Source: an uncultured Candidatus Saccharibacteria bacterium (lineage in GTDB: Bacteria > Patescibacteriota > Dojkabacteria > J137). Taken from it: a DNA stretch of 64,000 nucleotides. Below the pieces are notes generated by a model. It saw nothing but the letters and a program-made list of their open reading frames with translations, ran no database searches and had not been told where the DNA came from. A program made the position numbers and the translations under genes. This document shows, piece by piece, positions 1 through 9,931 of the stretch. Location of the stretch: assembly GCA_964620955.1 (NCBI GenBank), contig CAZUKH010000001.1, positions 124,593-188,592 of the forward strand, given 5' to 3'. The first letter of the stretch is position 1. Every line of letters starts with the position of its first letter.

Positions 1-659
1 AAGGAGCTTTCAACGTTAGAAGAATAAACTATAGGAGTAACATAAAAAACAAAAGACAAAAATACGCCAAATATTCTTGTAATATCTGGTGCAACTACAT
101 TAATTACAGAAAAGATAAGTCCAAGGCCTGCCCCAAGAAAAAATAGTGGCAAAATTACAATTGGGAAAAAAATAATCTGCCAAGGAATTACAACCCCAAA
201 TAGAATTAAAACTACAATGTTTAATACAAATGTTATTACAAAGTTTGCAAGGTGCTGCGCAACTTGTTTAACAAGTAAAACTTCATGTGGATATTTAACC
301 TGATTTATAAAACCAACCCCTGCCTCAAGAGTACCCTGAGCTGCCGTATAAAAACCCATGAATAATCCCCAAAGTGATGACCCTAGAAGAACATACGGTA
401 AATATGGTATGTCTATGTTACCCGGAGAAAGAATACCAGTAAGATTTAATAAAACCCAAGAAACTACACCTATTAGTGGAGAAATTAAAATCCAGCTAAA
501 CCCAATAAAGGATTTTTTATACGCCATTAAAAAATCACGACGAAATAGCTGCCAAATTAACTCTTTAGACTTAATAATGTTTTTGGCTATTACAACCCAG
601 GTTTTAAAAAAACCAATCTTTTGCCTTTCATTTGGCATGTAGATTGTATATTCGTCCAT
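1..659 (-). CDS. ABC-2 polysaccharide export permease (Wzm-like), partial, runs off window start
   Basis: Manual translation from ATG at 659: MDEYTIYMPNERQKIGFFKTWVVIAKNIIKSKELIWQLFRRDFLMAYKKSFIGFSWILISP..., typical Wzm N-terminus with hydrophobic segments; downstream of gmd genes; not in ORF track because truncated. Confidence 0.85.
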   Translation of the reverse strand, partial: MDEYTIYMPNERQKIGFFKTWVVIAKNIIKSKELIWQLFRRDFLMAYKKSFIGFSWILISPLIGVVSWVLLNLTGILSPGNIDIPYLPYVLLGSSLWGLFMGFYTAAQGTLEAGVGFINQVKYPHEVLLVKQVAQHLANFVITFVLNIVVLILFGVVIPWQIIFFPIVILPLFFLGAGLGLIFSVINVVAPDITRIFGVFLSFVFYVTPIVYSSNVESS

Positions 660-695
660 AAATATGCTTGTTTTACAACTAAAATTATAACATCG

Positions 696-1688
696 TTAAG
701 ATTCGTTCATTTCAAACAACGTTTTTACAAGTTGGTTTCCTTTAATAGTTGCCTTCCAACCTGTCGCCTTTAAAAGTTTATCAGTTTTTATTTGTATACT
801 ACTAACATCTGATGGTCTATAAAACTCTTTTGATACCTGTACTAATTTTTTCCCATTTTTTTTATTAATGGCATTTTCGTTTACGCCTTGCTCTCTCCAT
901 TCAATATCCACCTCAACTTCGTTAAAAGCAAATTCTATAAATTTTCTTAAGCTAAAGGTAAGCCCTGTTGCAACAATGTAGTCGTCAGGTTTTTTTAGCC
1001 GCATAATTTCGTATGCTGCTTGTACAAATTCTTGGGCATATCCCCAATCTCTCTCGACATTTAGGTTTCCAACCATTAGTGGATCAATACTTTGATCTAG
1101 CGCATAAGCTTTTACGTAGTCAATGATTTTCTTTGTAATAAATTTTGAGTCACGAAGGTGAGACTCATGATTACTAAAAATTGCATTGGAAACAAATATT
1201 CCTAAAGATTGGCGAACAGCTCTGGTATACAAGTACGCAGATGTTTTTGATATAGCGTAAGGGTTTCCTGGATTTAACGGGAAACTTTCATCAATAAAAT
1301 CACCCGAACAATCCCCGTAAATTTCTACAGACGATGCTTGAAGTAACTTTATGTTTTTCCCATTGCAGAGTTGTAGCAAGTCAATAAGTTGCATTAAATT
1401 TATTTCGAATGTTTCTTTGGGTATTTCCCAGCTTTTACCAACACTTGATTGGCCTGCCAAGTTATATATTTGAAGTCCATCTTGCAATATCCTGGGCAAT
1501 TCGGCTTTAGTTACTTTAACTATTTGTGACTCATTTATACTTAGTTTTGAAAAATTATCGAAGTTATCAAATGCCGAATTGCCCACGAGCAAACCATAAA
1601 CTCTGTATCCTTTTTCCAAGAGTAGTTTAGTTAAAAAAGCTCCATCCTGACCCGTAATTCCTGTTATTAAAGCTGATTTATTTGCCAT
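696..1688 (-). CDS. GDP-mannose 4,6-dehydratase-like SDR (Gmd paralog)
   Basis: GITGQDG Rossmann motif, YxxxK (YAISK), NHES, RDWGYA. Confidence 0.85.
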   Translation of the reverse strand: MANKSALITGITGQDGAFLTKLLLEKGYRVYGLLVGNSAFDNFDNFSKLSINESQIVKVTKAELPRILQDGLQIYNLAGQSSVGKSWEIPKETFEINLMQLIDLLQLCNGKNIKLLQASSVEIYGDCSGDFIDESFPLNPGNPYAISKTSAYLYTRAVRQSLGIFVSNAIFSNHESHLRDSKFITKKIIDYVKAYALDQSIDPLMVGNLNVERDWGYAQEFVQAAYEIMRLKKPDDYIVATGLTFSLRKFIEFAFNEVEVDIEWREQGVNENAINKKNGKKLVQVSKEFYRPSDVSSIQIKTDKLLKATGWKATIKGNQLVKTLFEMNES

Positions 1689-1702
1689 TTTTATTAAGTT
1701 AG

Positions 1703-2722
1703 CTACTTTTCTGTTTTTCTAACCAATTCTCTGTCTGCTTCAACCATTATTCTTACAAGCTCATCAATATCTGTTTTTGGCTCCCAACCTAGTTTGTTTT
1801 TAGCCTTTGCACTATTTCCTCTTAAATACTTTAAGTCTGAAGGCCTCTTAAATCTATCATCCATTTGTACATGATTTGACCAGTCTTTAATACCAATTAC
1901 CGCAAAAGCTTTTGTAAGGAAATCTTCTATGCTGTAAGTGCTCCCAGTTGCAATTACAAAATCTTCCGGATTTTCTTGCTGAAGCATAAGCCACATCATT
2001 TCAACATAGTCTTTAGCAAAACCCCAATCTCTTTTGGAGTCAAGGTTCCCAAATTTCACAATCGAATCCTTTAACAAAGGTTCTTTTTCCTCGTTACAAA
2101 CTTTTGAAGTTTTTATACCTTCGGCAATACAAGCTACAGCATAAGATATTTTTCGTGTGACAAATTCATGGCCTCTTCTTGGCGACTCATGATTAAAAAG
2201 AATGCCCGAGCAGGCAAAAGTACCAAAACTTTCACGGTAATTTTGAGTCATATGATGTGCATAAAGTTTTGCAATTGCATAAGGGCTAGTAGGAATCATC
2301 TTTGTATTTTCATCTAAAAACTCTTCTGGGTTGTTGCCATACATCTCGCTCGAAGAAGCTTGATAAAATTTCGCATCAGGCTTATGGTTTCTTACAGCCT
2401 CAAGCATTCTTACTGCACCTAGTCCTGTAACTTCTGCAGTTAATATTGGTTGAGGCCAGCTTGACTTCACGAATGATTGGGCTGCAAGGTTATATACTTC
2501 GTTTGGCTGAAAATCTATAACTGCTCTATCCAAAGAACCTTGATCCAATAAATCCCCATCGTAGATTTTTACTTTTCCCCTAATTCCTTCAATATAGTGT
2601 GTGTTGGGTACGCTAAGTCTTCTTACAATTCCTGCCACCTCATAGCCTTTTGCTATTAAAAACTCTGCAAGGTAAGATCCATCCTGCCCTGTTATACCTG
2701 TTATAAGTGCTTTTTTTGACAT
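1703..2722 (-). CDS. gmd: GDP-mannose 4,6-dehydratase
   Basis: GITGQDGSYLAE, NLAAQSFV, QASSSEMYG, SPYAIAK, LFNHESPRRG, RDWG. Confidence 0.95.
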   Translation of the reverse strand: MSKKALITGITGQDGSYLAEFLIAKGYEVAGIVRRLSVPNTHYIEGIRGKVKIYDGDLLDQGSLDRAVIDFQPNEVYNLAAQSFVKSSWPQPILTAEVTGLGAVRMLEAVRNHKPDAKFYQASSSEMYGNNPEEFLDENTKMIPTSPYAIAKLYAHHMTQNYRESFGTFACSGILFNHESPRRGHEFVTRKISYAVACIAEGIKTSKVCNEEKEPLLKDSIVKFGNLDSKRDWGFAKDYVEMMWLMLQQENPEDFVIATGSTYSIEDFLTKAFAVIGIKDWSNHVQMDDRFKRPSDLKYLRGNSAKAKNKLGWEPKTDIDELVRIMVEADRELVRKTEK

Positions 2723-2825
2723 ATAGTAAATATTTAATCTTTTGAGCTACAATTTATCATCTAAACTAATTCCGCTCAACTTTTTAAATATTGTCAAAGA
2801 TAAAATCTCCAGCTAGAATGTAGGT

Positions 2826-5471
2826 ATGTATATTCAAAGACGATTTTTGTTATTAACTGTTATTCTCCTGACTATTGCAAGCTTTGCACTTGTGATTACT
2901 GGGCCTGCATATGCTCAGGAAGAGCCAACAAGCAGCCTCGATGTGACTTCTTTTCTTACAAGCCAAGAATTTAGTGTTGACATAAACCCTGATGCTCTAG
3001 CATATGCATTTGAGTGGAATAAAGGTGGTTATTTTGAGTTTAAGACGAATGGCTCTGTGAATGAATACGAACATATCGAAGAGATGACTGATGGGCCTGA
3101 GAACTTATCAAACAAATCCATATCGGAACTTTACTATATTAATGAAAGTGAAACACAAATATTTATTAAAAACTCTTCTGCATCGGAACTTAAAATAAAA
3201 TGGGTTTGGTTAACTCAGCCCCAAAAAGACAAGGGAGATCAAAGGATATCCTCAAATAACCTAACTAACCCTACCCACGTTAACCTGGATTCAGGCGCTA
3301 ATTATTCAACACTTCCGATTGTTTCACGAAGCATGTGGGGAGCCAACGAAGAATCCTCTTCTGTTTGGCCACCAGAGTATAAAGCAGTAGAAAGATTTAT
3401 TATTCATCATACAGTCATTACCAATTCCAACTTCATGACTGCAGTTCAGCTTATTTATAACTACCATACTTATACAAATGGATGGGGTGATATAGGCTAC
3501 AATTATTTAATTGACCCTAATGGGGTAATTTATGAAGGCAGGAAAGGTGGAGATAATGCTATAGGTGCGCATGCATATATGCAAAATGGACGCTCAATGG
3601 GTATTTCGTTTATTGGAGACTTTTCTTATGTTCTTCCATCTAATACTGCACTTGCAAGTTTTAGAAGTTTTATTGCCGAAAAGTCCATTTTGCATGGTAT
3701 ACCACTTGTTTGGGGGGAAACAGTTTTTGGCCATAGAGATATGCCGGAGAATTCGACAGCATGTCCTGGGAACGCCTTTTATGCAGCACTCCCAACAATT
3801 ATTTCCGAAGCAAATTCAGTTAGAGCCAATTTATCTTCCGGAACTTTGAGTCAGGCATATGCAAGTATGATTAACAATACTAATAATTACTACGATAACA
3901 GGTTAACTATTAAATTTGTGAATTCTCAATTAACTGAGAACGAAGCTTTAGCCTTACTCCCCAAAAACAGTGGCATTACTGATGTTGATTATGCTAATGG
4001 AGAAGCATTTATTACATTTGAAAGCTTTACATGGTATGGAGGCGAATACTTTGATGATACTCTAGATAGAGTAAAATTCGCCTATTTGATTTTTCTTTTA
4101 GACCCAAACATTCAAAGTATTGAACTAGCTCCTGAAGGGCCTTATGATTATGGAGATGCACCCGAAACCTATTCAACATCTACTGCATCACATTTAAGAA
4201 CAGCACAAAGCCCTTACTTTGGAAGCGGGGTTGATGGTGAAGAGTCTGCTTTGGTAGATACAGCTGCTACAGGAGATGATAATAGAAGAACCACAGCCCT
4301 TGCAGATGATGAAGATGGCGTAAGTTACACAGAGCTTAGAGGAGGGTTTACAGGTAATATAACTCTTTCGATTGGAGCTGCTGGGTATGTAAAGCTATGG
4401 GTAGATTTTGGCAATGATGGTACTTTTGCAGAGGCTTCAGACAAAGTATACGACGGCTACCTTGAAATAGGACTTCATGAAGTTGATGTAGCTGTACCTC
4501 AAACAATAAGCCAAGGAACCACATTTGCTAGAGCGAGAATAAGCAGTCAAAATACATTTAGTTACAATGATGCAGCTATTGATGGGGAGGTTGAAGATAT
4601 TAGAGTTTGGATTCATGAATGGTCAGACCTTTTTGACTCTGTGGGAAATACAAATCAGCCTGTTGCTACTCAAAAGTTTGGAGACAAATACTTCCAGGTG
4701 CTTTCGTCTAATACTTGGCCATACGTGATTTATGTTAGAAACTCAAGTGACGGACATAACTGGACTCAGTGGAGTGCTGAGTTAAACGGCTACAGTCACA
4801 GAGAACCATCACTAGCAATATTCCAGAATAGGCTTTATTTGTCGGTTTCAGGGACTGATAATAGAATTTATACCAAATCTATGGACATGGGTGGTACATG
4901 GGATAGCAAATGGGCCGAGACTGGCGGGACAACACTTGAAGGTGTTGGAATTGGAAGTGGGAACCTAAATGGTACAGAAATGCTTTTTCAAATAGTTAAG
5001 AGTAGTAACGATACAAATATTTACGTTCGACAAACTAAAGATGGAGTTTTTGATTACAATTCACCCGAAGAAAAGTGGAAAATCTTTGGAGGATTTACTA
5101 ATAAAAAGCCATCCTTATCTTCAATTAATGGAAAGTTAATTGCCACAGTAGCAGGTACGGATAGTAGAATTTACTTACGAACATCGATAGATGGTGTTAA
5201 CTGGTCTAACTGGGCTGAAAAGGGTGGGCTTACTTTTGAGGCGCCAGTAATTAGTTTAGAAAATAATCTTCTTTACCAAACTGTTAAAAGCATTGAAGAC
5301 AATTCTTTGTATTATAGGTCTACTTCCGACCTGCAAAACTGGACACCCTGGAAACAAATAAAAATCAACGCAGATAAGGCAGGGGCAATCATAATTTCTA
5401 ATAGCGTTCTTGGCATATACGTGCCTTCGGGCAGCTTGCTAAGGTATTCTACTTCGGTAAAATCTCTTTAG
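2826..5471 (+). CDS. Secreted N-acetylmuramoyl-L-alanine amidase (Amidase_2/PGRP type) with GEVED domain and C-terminal Trp-rich beta-propeller-like repeats
   Basis: Signal peptide; IIHHT, GWGDIGYNY, GAHA, GHRD..TACPG; DYGDAP..DDEDGV..WVDFGNDGTF..GEVED; C-terminal repeats such as GTDNRIY..W..W. Confidence 0.85.
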   Translation: MYIQRRFLLLTVILLTIASFALVITGPAYAQEEPTSSLDVTSFLTSQEFSVDINPDALAYAFEWNKGGYFEFKTNGSVNEYEHIEEMTDGPENLSNKSISELYYINESETQIFIKNSSASELKIKWVWLTQPQKDKGDQRISSNNLTNPTHVNLDSGANYSTLPIVSRSMWGANEESSSVWPPEYKAVERFIIHHTVITNSNFMTAVQLIYNYHTYTNGWGDIGYNYLIDPNGVIYEGRKGGDNAIGAHAYMQNGRSMGISFIGDFSYVLPSNTALASFRSFIAEKSILHGIPLVWGETVFGHRDMPENSTACPGNAFYAALPTIISEANSVRANLSSGTLSQAYASMINNTNNYYDNRLTIKFVNSQLTENEALALLPKNSGITDVDYANGEAFITFESFTWYGGEYFDDTLDRVKFAYLIFLLDPNIQSIELAPEGPYDYGDAPETYSTSTASHLRTAQSPYFGSGVDGEESALVDTAATGDDNRRTTALADDEDGVSYTELRGGFTGNITLSIGAAGYVKLWVDFGNDGTFAEASDKVYDGYLEIGLHEVDVAVPQTISQGTTFARARISSQNTFSYNDAAIDGEVEDIRVWIHEWSDLFDSVGNTNQPVATQKFGDKYFQVLSSNTWPYVIYVRNSSDGHNWTQWSAELNGYSHREPSLAIFQNRLYLSVSGTDNRIYTKSMDMGGTWDSKWAETGGTTLEGVGIGSGNLNGTEMLFQIVKSSNDTNIYVRQTKDGVFDYNSPEEKWKIFGGFTNKKPSLSSINGKLIATVAGTDSRIYLRTSIDGVNWSNWAEKGGLTFEAPVISLENNLLYQTVKSIEDNSLYYRSTSDLQNWTPWKQIKINADKAGAIIISNSVLGIYVPSGSLLRYSTSVKSL

Positions 5472-5979
5472 TAAATTTTTCCATACTTATAAAATCGTAG
5501 TAAGTATCGTTGATTTTAAGCTCCTTAGATAACTGCCCACATTTGTAAAACCCAAACTTTTCGTAAATGCTAATTGCTTTTTTTTGACTTGAAGTTACTG
5601 TTAAATTAACTTTTTCAATATGGCTTTCGTTTTTAATAATTTGAAGTGCTTTTTTTAAAAGCTTTATTGACATACCTTTACCTCTACTTTTAGGTTCTAC
5701 GTAAACCCATACTATTGTTGCTACATGTTTTTGCCGTGCTTTGGCTCCAAATAAAACACCTGTCATAGCAACTGGGTTTTTATTCTTATCAATACCAAAA
5801 AGCATAATTGAGTCTTTACCGAGCAAATAGTTTTGCAGGTAGTTTTGCCACCAGTAGTCAGATGCATGAAAATACTCTTCATAGCTTACAGTAAAAGCTT
5901 CGGGGTCAGTTTTTAAAGCTTTAAGCATAAACTCTTTTAAAGCAAAAAAATGAGAGCTGTTAACTTTAACAATTTTCAT
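5449..5979 (-). CDS. GNAT family N-acetyltransferase
   Basis: VYVEPKSRGKGMS acetyl-CoA motif; AISIYEKFGF. Confidence 0.9.
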   Translation of the reverse strand: MKIVKVNSSHFFALKEFMLKALKTDPEAFTVSYEEYFHASDYWWQNYLQNYLLGKDSIMLFGIDKNKNPVAMTGVLFGAKARQKHVATIVWVYVEPKSRGKGMSIKLLKKALQIIKNESHIEKVNLTVTSSQKKAISIYEKFGFYKCGQLSKELKINDTYYDFISMEKFTKEILPK

Positions 5980-7190
5980 TAGAGCTTGTTTTTTATATGA
6001 AAGCAGTCTTTAACGAGTGCTTCGTATCGTGGAAAAACAGCTTCCCAAGTAAATCTTTTGGCAAATTGAATATTGTTCTCCCTTATTTTTTGTAAATCAT
6101 TAAAGTTTGAAACAATTTCAATAATACATTGAGAAAGGGCTTTAATATCAGCGAAATTGTATGATTTCCCTGTCTTTTCTGTAATTAGCAAATCTACTGC
6201 TTCATTTTGATTAGTTGTAATTATTGCATTACCCTTCGCCATTGCTTCAAGTAAAACAATACCTGTTGCCTCCCATTTACTTGGCAAAATATTTATTTGC
6301 GATTCCTCGTAAAAAACTCTGTCGCGCTCTTCATCGCTTGGTGAATATATAAATTTTACCTTTTCTTCAAGATTTAATTGTTCTATCAAAGATTTTAGCT
6401 TTGCTGTGTAGCCTCCCGGTCTACCCATTATGTAAAATCTCAATGATTCAAAAATCTTGACTTGCTTCCTTCGAATTATTTCTAAAGCTTGCAATACATC
6501 TTGAATACCTTTGTACCACTCCATTCTGTTCATAAATGTTATTACAACTGGCTCATGCTTTAAATGTTCGTAGGGTTTTTGGGCAATGTACTCTTCATCA
6601 ATACCATTTGGTATAGTAAAGATCTTCTTTTCATCGATACCATAGTCTTTTGTCATCCAGTCTTTTTGCTTAGGAACAACTGCTACAATAACATCATATA
6701 TTTTTGGTATTAAAAACCGAAGAATGCGCGTGTAAAAGCTTTTTGCAAAACCTCTTAACCCCTTGGAATCGCCGAGCGCCATAAATGGTCCATGTGGGGT
6801 ATTTATAAATAGAGTTTTTTTTGCAAATAGCCTTTTTATTGATAAACATATTTCTACCCAAATAAATCCAAACCCCGACACATGAATAACATCAAACTTG
6901 CTGTTTAAAAGGCGTGTGAAAAGCCTGGGATAAACTCCCAAATATAAAGCCTCGTTAAACGCCCAATGCCTAATAATTTTTATTCCATTAAAATTTGCAT
7001 AAGGAGTTAATTTTTCATTACGGAACTTTATGTTTGTTGTATAAACCGTTACATCATGCCCTTGTTTTACCATTCTTCTTGCAAGGGCTAAAAAATTACT
7101 TTCAGCTCCGCCTTTAAATGGGTGAAATCGGGGGACTATATAAAGAACTTTGAGACTTGTGTTACTCTGGTTTTGTTGTGTGTTATTCAT
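5979..7190 (-). CDS. Glycosyltransferase family 4
   Basis: GGAE, TPHG, IPNGID, LPSKWEATGIVLLEAMAKG; start placed at 7190 (MNNTQ), overlapping the tatD stop. Confidence 0.9.
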   Translation of the reverse strand: MNNTQQNQSNTSLKVLYIVPRFHPFKGGAESNFLALARRMVKQGHDVTVYTTNIKFRNEKLTPYANFNGIKIIRHWAFNEALYLGVYPRLFTRLLNSKFDVIHVSGFGFIWVEICLSIKRLFAKKTLFINTPHGPFMALGDSKGLRGFAKSFYTRILRFLIPKIYDVIVAVVPKQKDWMTKDYGIDEKKIFTIPNGIDEEYIAQKPYEHLKHEPVVITFMNRMEWYKGIQDVLQALEIIRRKQVKIFESLRFYIMGRPGGYTAKLKSLIEQLNLEEKVKFIYSPSDEERDRVFYEESQINILPSKWEATGIVLLEAMAKGNAIITTNQNEAVDLLITEKTGKSYNFADIKALSQCIIEIVSNFNDLQKIRENNIQFAKRFTWEAVFPRYEALVKDCFHIKNKL

Positions 7191-8025
7191 CTTTTGAATG
7201 ATACTGCAGAAAGCCCATTGATTCAAATATGTCAGACACATTTGCAGGTTCGTTTGTAGTGCCTCGTTTTCCTTCTGGGGCAAGATATGGAGAGTCTGTT
7301 TCAAAATAAATATTTGATCTGTAGTAGTCTTCTGGTGTCGATAATTTCTTGCCAGTCAAAATTTTTTTGTATGTCTGCCTTAACTCTAAAGCATTTTTAA
7401 AAGTGATTATGCCATTTATTCCCAATCCCCACCCTGCGTCAAGAATCTTTACTGCTGTATTGTAATCTCCGGTGTAAGAATGAAAAACTCCTTTTGTATT
7501 ATATTTTTTTACTACTCTTAAACACTCTTCTTCGGCACCTCTAGAATGTATAGTTAACGGCAAATTTAATTCGGATGCTAGCTCAAGCTGAATCTCAAAA
7601 AGACGTTTTTGAAGTAGTTTTGATTTATTTTTAAATTCTGAAGATAAGTCTGAGTTATTTAACCAGTAGTAATCTAAGCCAGTTTCACCAATTCCAATTA
7701 CTTTTGAGCGGTTTTGTAGAATAATTTTTTTTAGAGATTCATAAGATTGTTGTAACATTTCATCTAAATCTAAGCCCATGAATAGTTCTGACCCTGGAAT
7801 GAAAACTTCAGGATCTATACCTATAAAACTTTTTACAATTTCAGATTCTATTGACATTGATTGTGTTGAAGTTTTTAAATTCACAGAAACATTCCAAATT
7901 TGTGATATATTTTTTGCTTTTGCTTTCGCAATCTGACTTTGAAGAATTTCTGGTGACTCGAAGGGCAAATGACAATGTGAATCTATTAGTCCTACGGGAT
8001 TCTTGAGTAGTTTGTATAAATCCAT
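7183..8025 (-). CDS. tatD: TatD family hydrolase/DNase
   Basis: IDSHCH, IGETGLDY, IHSR, GVFHSY, ETDSPYLAP. Confidence 0.93.
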   Translation of the reverse strand: MDLYKLLKNPVGLIDSHCHLPFESPEILQSQIAKAKAKNISQIWNVSVNLKTSTQSMSIESEIVKSFIGIDPEVFIPGSELFMGLDLDEMLQQSYESLKKIILQNRSKVIGIGETGLDYYWLNNSDLSSEFKNKSKLLQKRLFEIQLELASELNLPLTIHSRGAEEECLRVVKKYNTKGVFHSYTGDYNTAVKILDAGWGLGINGIITFKNALELRQTYKKILTGKKLSTPEDYYRSNIYFETDSPYLAPEGKRGTTNEPANVSDIFESMGFLQYHSKDE

Positions 8026-8139
8026 GTGTCAATTATAATTCATTGAAGCCAGTTGTGCCAAAAAACCCTCGCAGTACAAACATTTGGAGATCGAACAAAA
8101 ATCTGCTAAAATCATCGAGCTAATTTGATACAATTATTT

Positions 8140-8400
8140 ATGGCAAATACAGCTTCAGCAAAAAAAGCAATAAGAGTTTCAGCACGAAACGCTGTTGTTA
8201 ATAAGAGGACTAAAGTTTCGTATAAGCACGCAAAAAAGCAAGTGCTAAAAGCAGTCGCAGAAGGTGACAAGAAAAAGGCTTTAAAGCTTTTGCCCCAAGC
8301 CTATAAGCAAATTGACAAAGCAGCAAAGAAGATATTGCATAAAAAAACTGCTGCGCGTTATAAATCCAGGCTTGCTGCTAAAGTTAATGCTGTTAAGTAA
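8140..8400 (+). CDS. rpsT: 30S ribosomal protein S20
   Basis: MANTASAKKAIR..IDKAAKK.LHKKTAARYKSRL. Confidence 0.95.
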   Translation: MANTASAKKAIRVSARNAVVNKRTKVSYKHAKKQVLKAVAEGDKKKALKLLPQAYKQIDKAAKKILHKKTAARYKSRLAAKVNAVK

Positions 8401-8442
8401 AGTTGGTGTTTGCTGGCATTAAATTAGTTACTTCTTTTGTAA

Positions 8443-8994
8443 GTGTCAAAATCATTTTTAAAACTTGTTGATTACGCAATTGTACCTGCAATCGCTATCA
8501 TTTTGGGCAAAATTGTTGGTATTGCAATTGTTTCTGCTGCATTAGGCATACCTGTTTCTTTAAGAGAGTATTCTGAGAGCATATTGAATGCTGCACCTTA
8601 CGTCCCTTTGCAAGATCTTTCTGTTGTTGCCTCATTTTCTGATTTAATTATGTTTGCCTTTTCTGCTGGAGTTTTTAGTTTTTCTATTTTTCAAGCAGTT
8701 TATTTGCATGATTCGCATATAAAACCGACTTTAGCGGTACGATTAATAAATAAAGGTTTATGGAGATTAATTCAAAATTCATATGAAATTTACCACTCCT
8801 CATTTGTTGGATTAATTTTTTTATGGCTTGCAACTATAGCAATAATAATAAATGCTGCAATTGGTTTAACATATGTGTGGGTCGTGGTAATTGCTGTGGT
8901 AATTTCATCTTTACTTAGCTTGATATTATTACAAGATGTTTACCGGGAAGTAGAAAATTTGCGAAAAAGTCCTGGTCAGTACAGTTGGGAATAA
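8443..8994 (+). CDS. Hypothetical membrane protein (about 4 TM)
   Basis: 183-aa ORF with hydrophobic helices. Confidence 0.7.
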   Translation: MSKSFLKLVDYAIVPAIAIILGKIVGIAIVSAALGIPVSLREYSESILNAAPYVPLQDLSVVASFSDLIMFAFSAGVFSFSIFQAVYLHDSHIKPTLAVRLINKGLWRLIQNSYEIYHSSFVGLIFLWLATIAIIINAAIGLTYVWVVVIAVVISSLLSLILLQDVYREVENLRKSPGQYSWE

Positions 8995-9023
8995 CAAGTT
9001 TTACTATCTATTATTTTAAAAGC

Positions 9024-9296
9024 ATGGACTCATCCGATAAAAAAGAACTATTAACCTTAAGGCTAAGTAATAAAAATCTTCAATCACAAGTTGATTTTGA
9101 AAATAGGTGGGTAAAAAAAATTTCAATACTAAGCATTACGTTAGTTTCAACTTTAATAGCCGGACTTATTCTAAACCTTGAAGATGTAGGCCGTCTGGTT
9201 GTTTTTGCGCTAAGTTCTACAGCTATAATAACGCTTTTAAAAATTGTACTTTTTCGAATAATCAAGATTGTGTTTAAACGCTTGAAGTCTTATTAG
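9024..9296 (+). CDS. Small hypothetical membrane protein (2 TM)
   Basis: ORF; likely ATG at 9024 (MDSSDK). Confidence 0.55.
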   Translation: MDSSDKKELLTLRLSNKNLQSQVDFENRWVKKISILSITLVSTLIAGLILNLEDVGRLVVFALSSTAIITLLKIVLFRIIKIVFKRLKSY

Positions 9297-9315
9297 GAAT
9301 AAGTAAAACTGGAAT

Positions 9316-9888
9316 ATGTATATTCCAGTAAAAATATTAGCAACAGCTGTTGCTTGTTTTGCAATATTACTTCTTAGCTTAAATTTTTTAATTGGTATAG
9401 ATGCGCTTTTTAGCAGCGGATATAGTCGTATTGCGTTGAGTGACTTTGGGGTTTTAAGCCCTACCTCAATGATTTTTAATGTAGGAATGATTGTAACTGG
9501 TATTTCAACATCACTTATTGGGGTATTAAAAAATAACAGGACAGTTATAAAGAATCCTTCTGTTTATATAATTCTTGGCGGTTTTTGTATTGTCGGAATA
9601 GGTCTTGTGCCCTATTCGGTATCTGTTTTGTGGCATTGGTTTTTCGCAATTGGCGCTTTTTTAGCCTTTTTTACAGGTGGCGTTTTGTATTATTTATATT
9701 TTACAAAACGCCACCTTTCATTAAAGTTTTTTGTTGTTACTTCAATTCTCTTTGTGATACTTGTAGTTTTTGTTGGTGAATTAGTATACCTTTGGGAAAT
9801 ATTTTTAATTCTTTTAAACTTAGTTTGGATGCAGCTTTATATTTTTACCACTACTCCACATTCTAAAGGTAAAAATCTGACAGTTTAA
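9316..9888 (+). CDS. DUF998-like membrane protein
   Basis: YSRIALSDFGV..IFNVGMI..GIGLVP..WHWFFA pattern, about 6 TM. Confidence 0.65.
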   Translation: MYIPVKILATAVACFAILLLSLNFLIGIDALFSSGYSRIALSDFGVLSPTSMIFNVGMIVTGISTSLIGVLKNNRTVIKNPSVYIILGGFCIVGIGLVPYSVSVLWHWFFAIGAFLAFFTGGVLYYLYFTKRHLSLKFFVVTSILFVILVVFVGELVYLWEIFLILLNLVWMQLYIFTTTPHSKGKNLTV

Positions 9889-9931
9889 TTGTCCAATGTG
9901 ATAGAATCTTTGAATCAGCACTATCTTAAAA

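Noticed and set aside
358-642. 94-aa plus-strand ORF
   Set aside because: Antisense shadow of the minus-strand Wzm permease
7191-7304. N-terminal extension of the GT4 ORF given in the ORF track
   Set aside because: Overlaps the tatD 3' end; ATG at 7190 coupled to the tatD stop is more plausible
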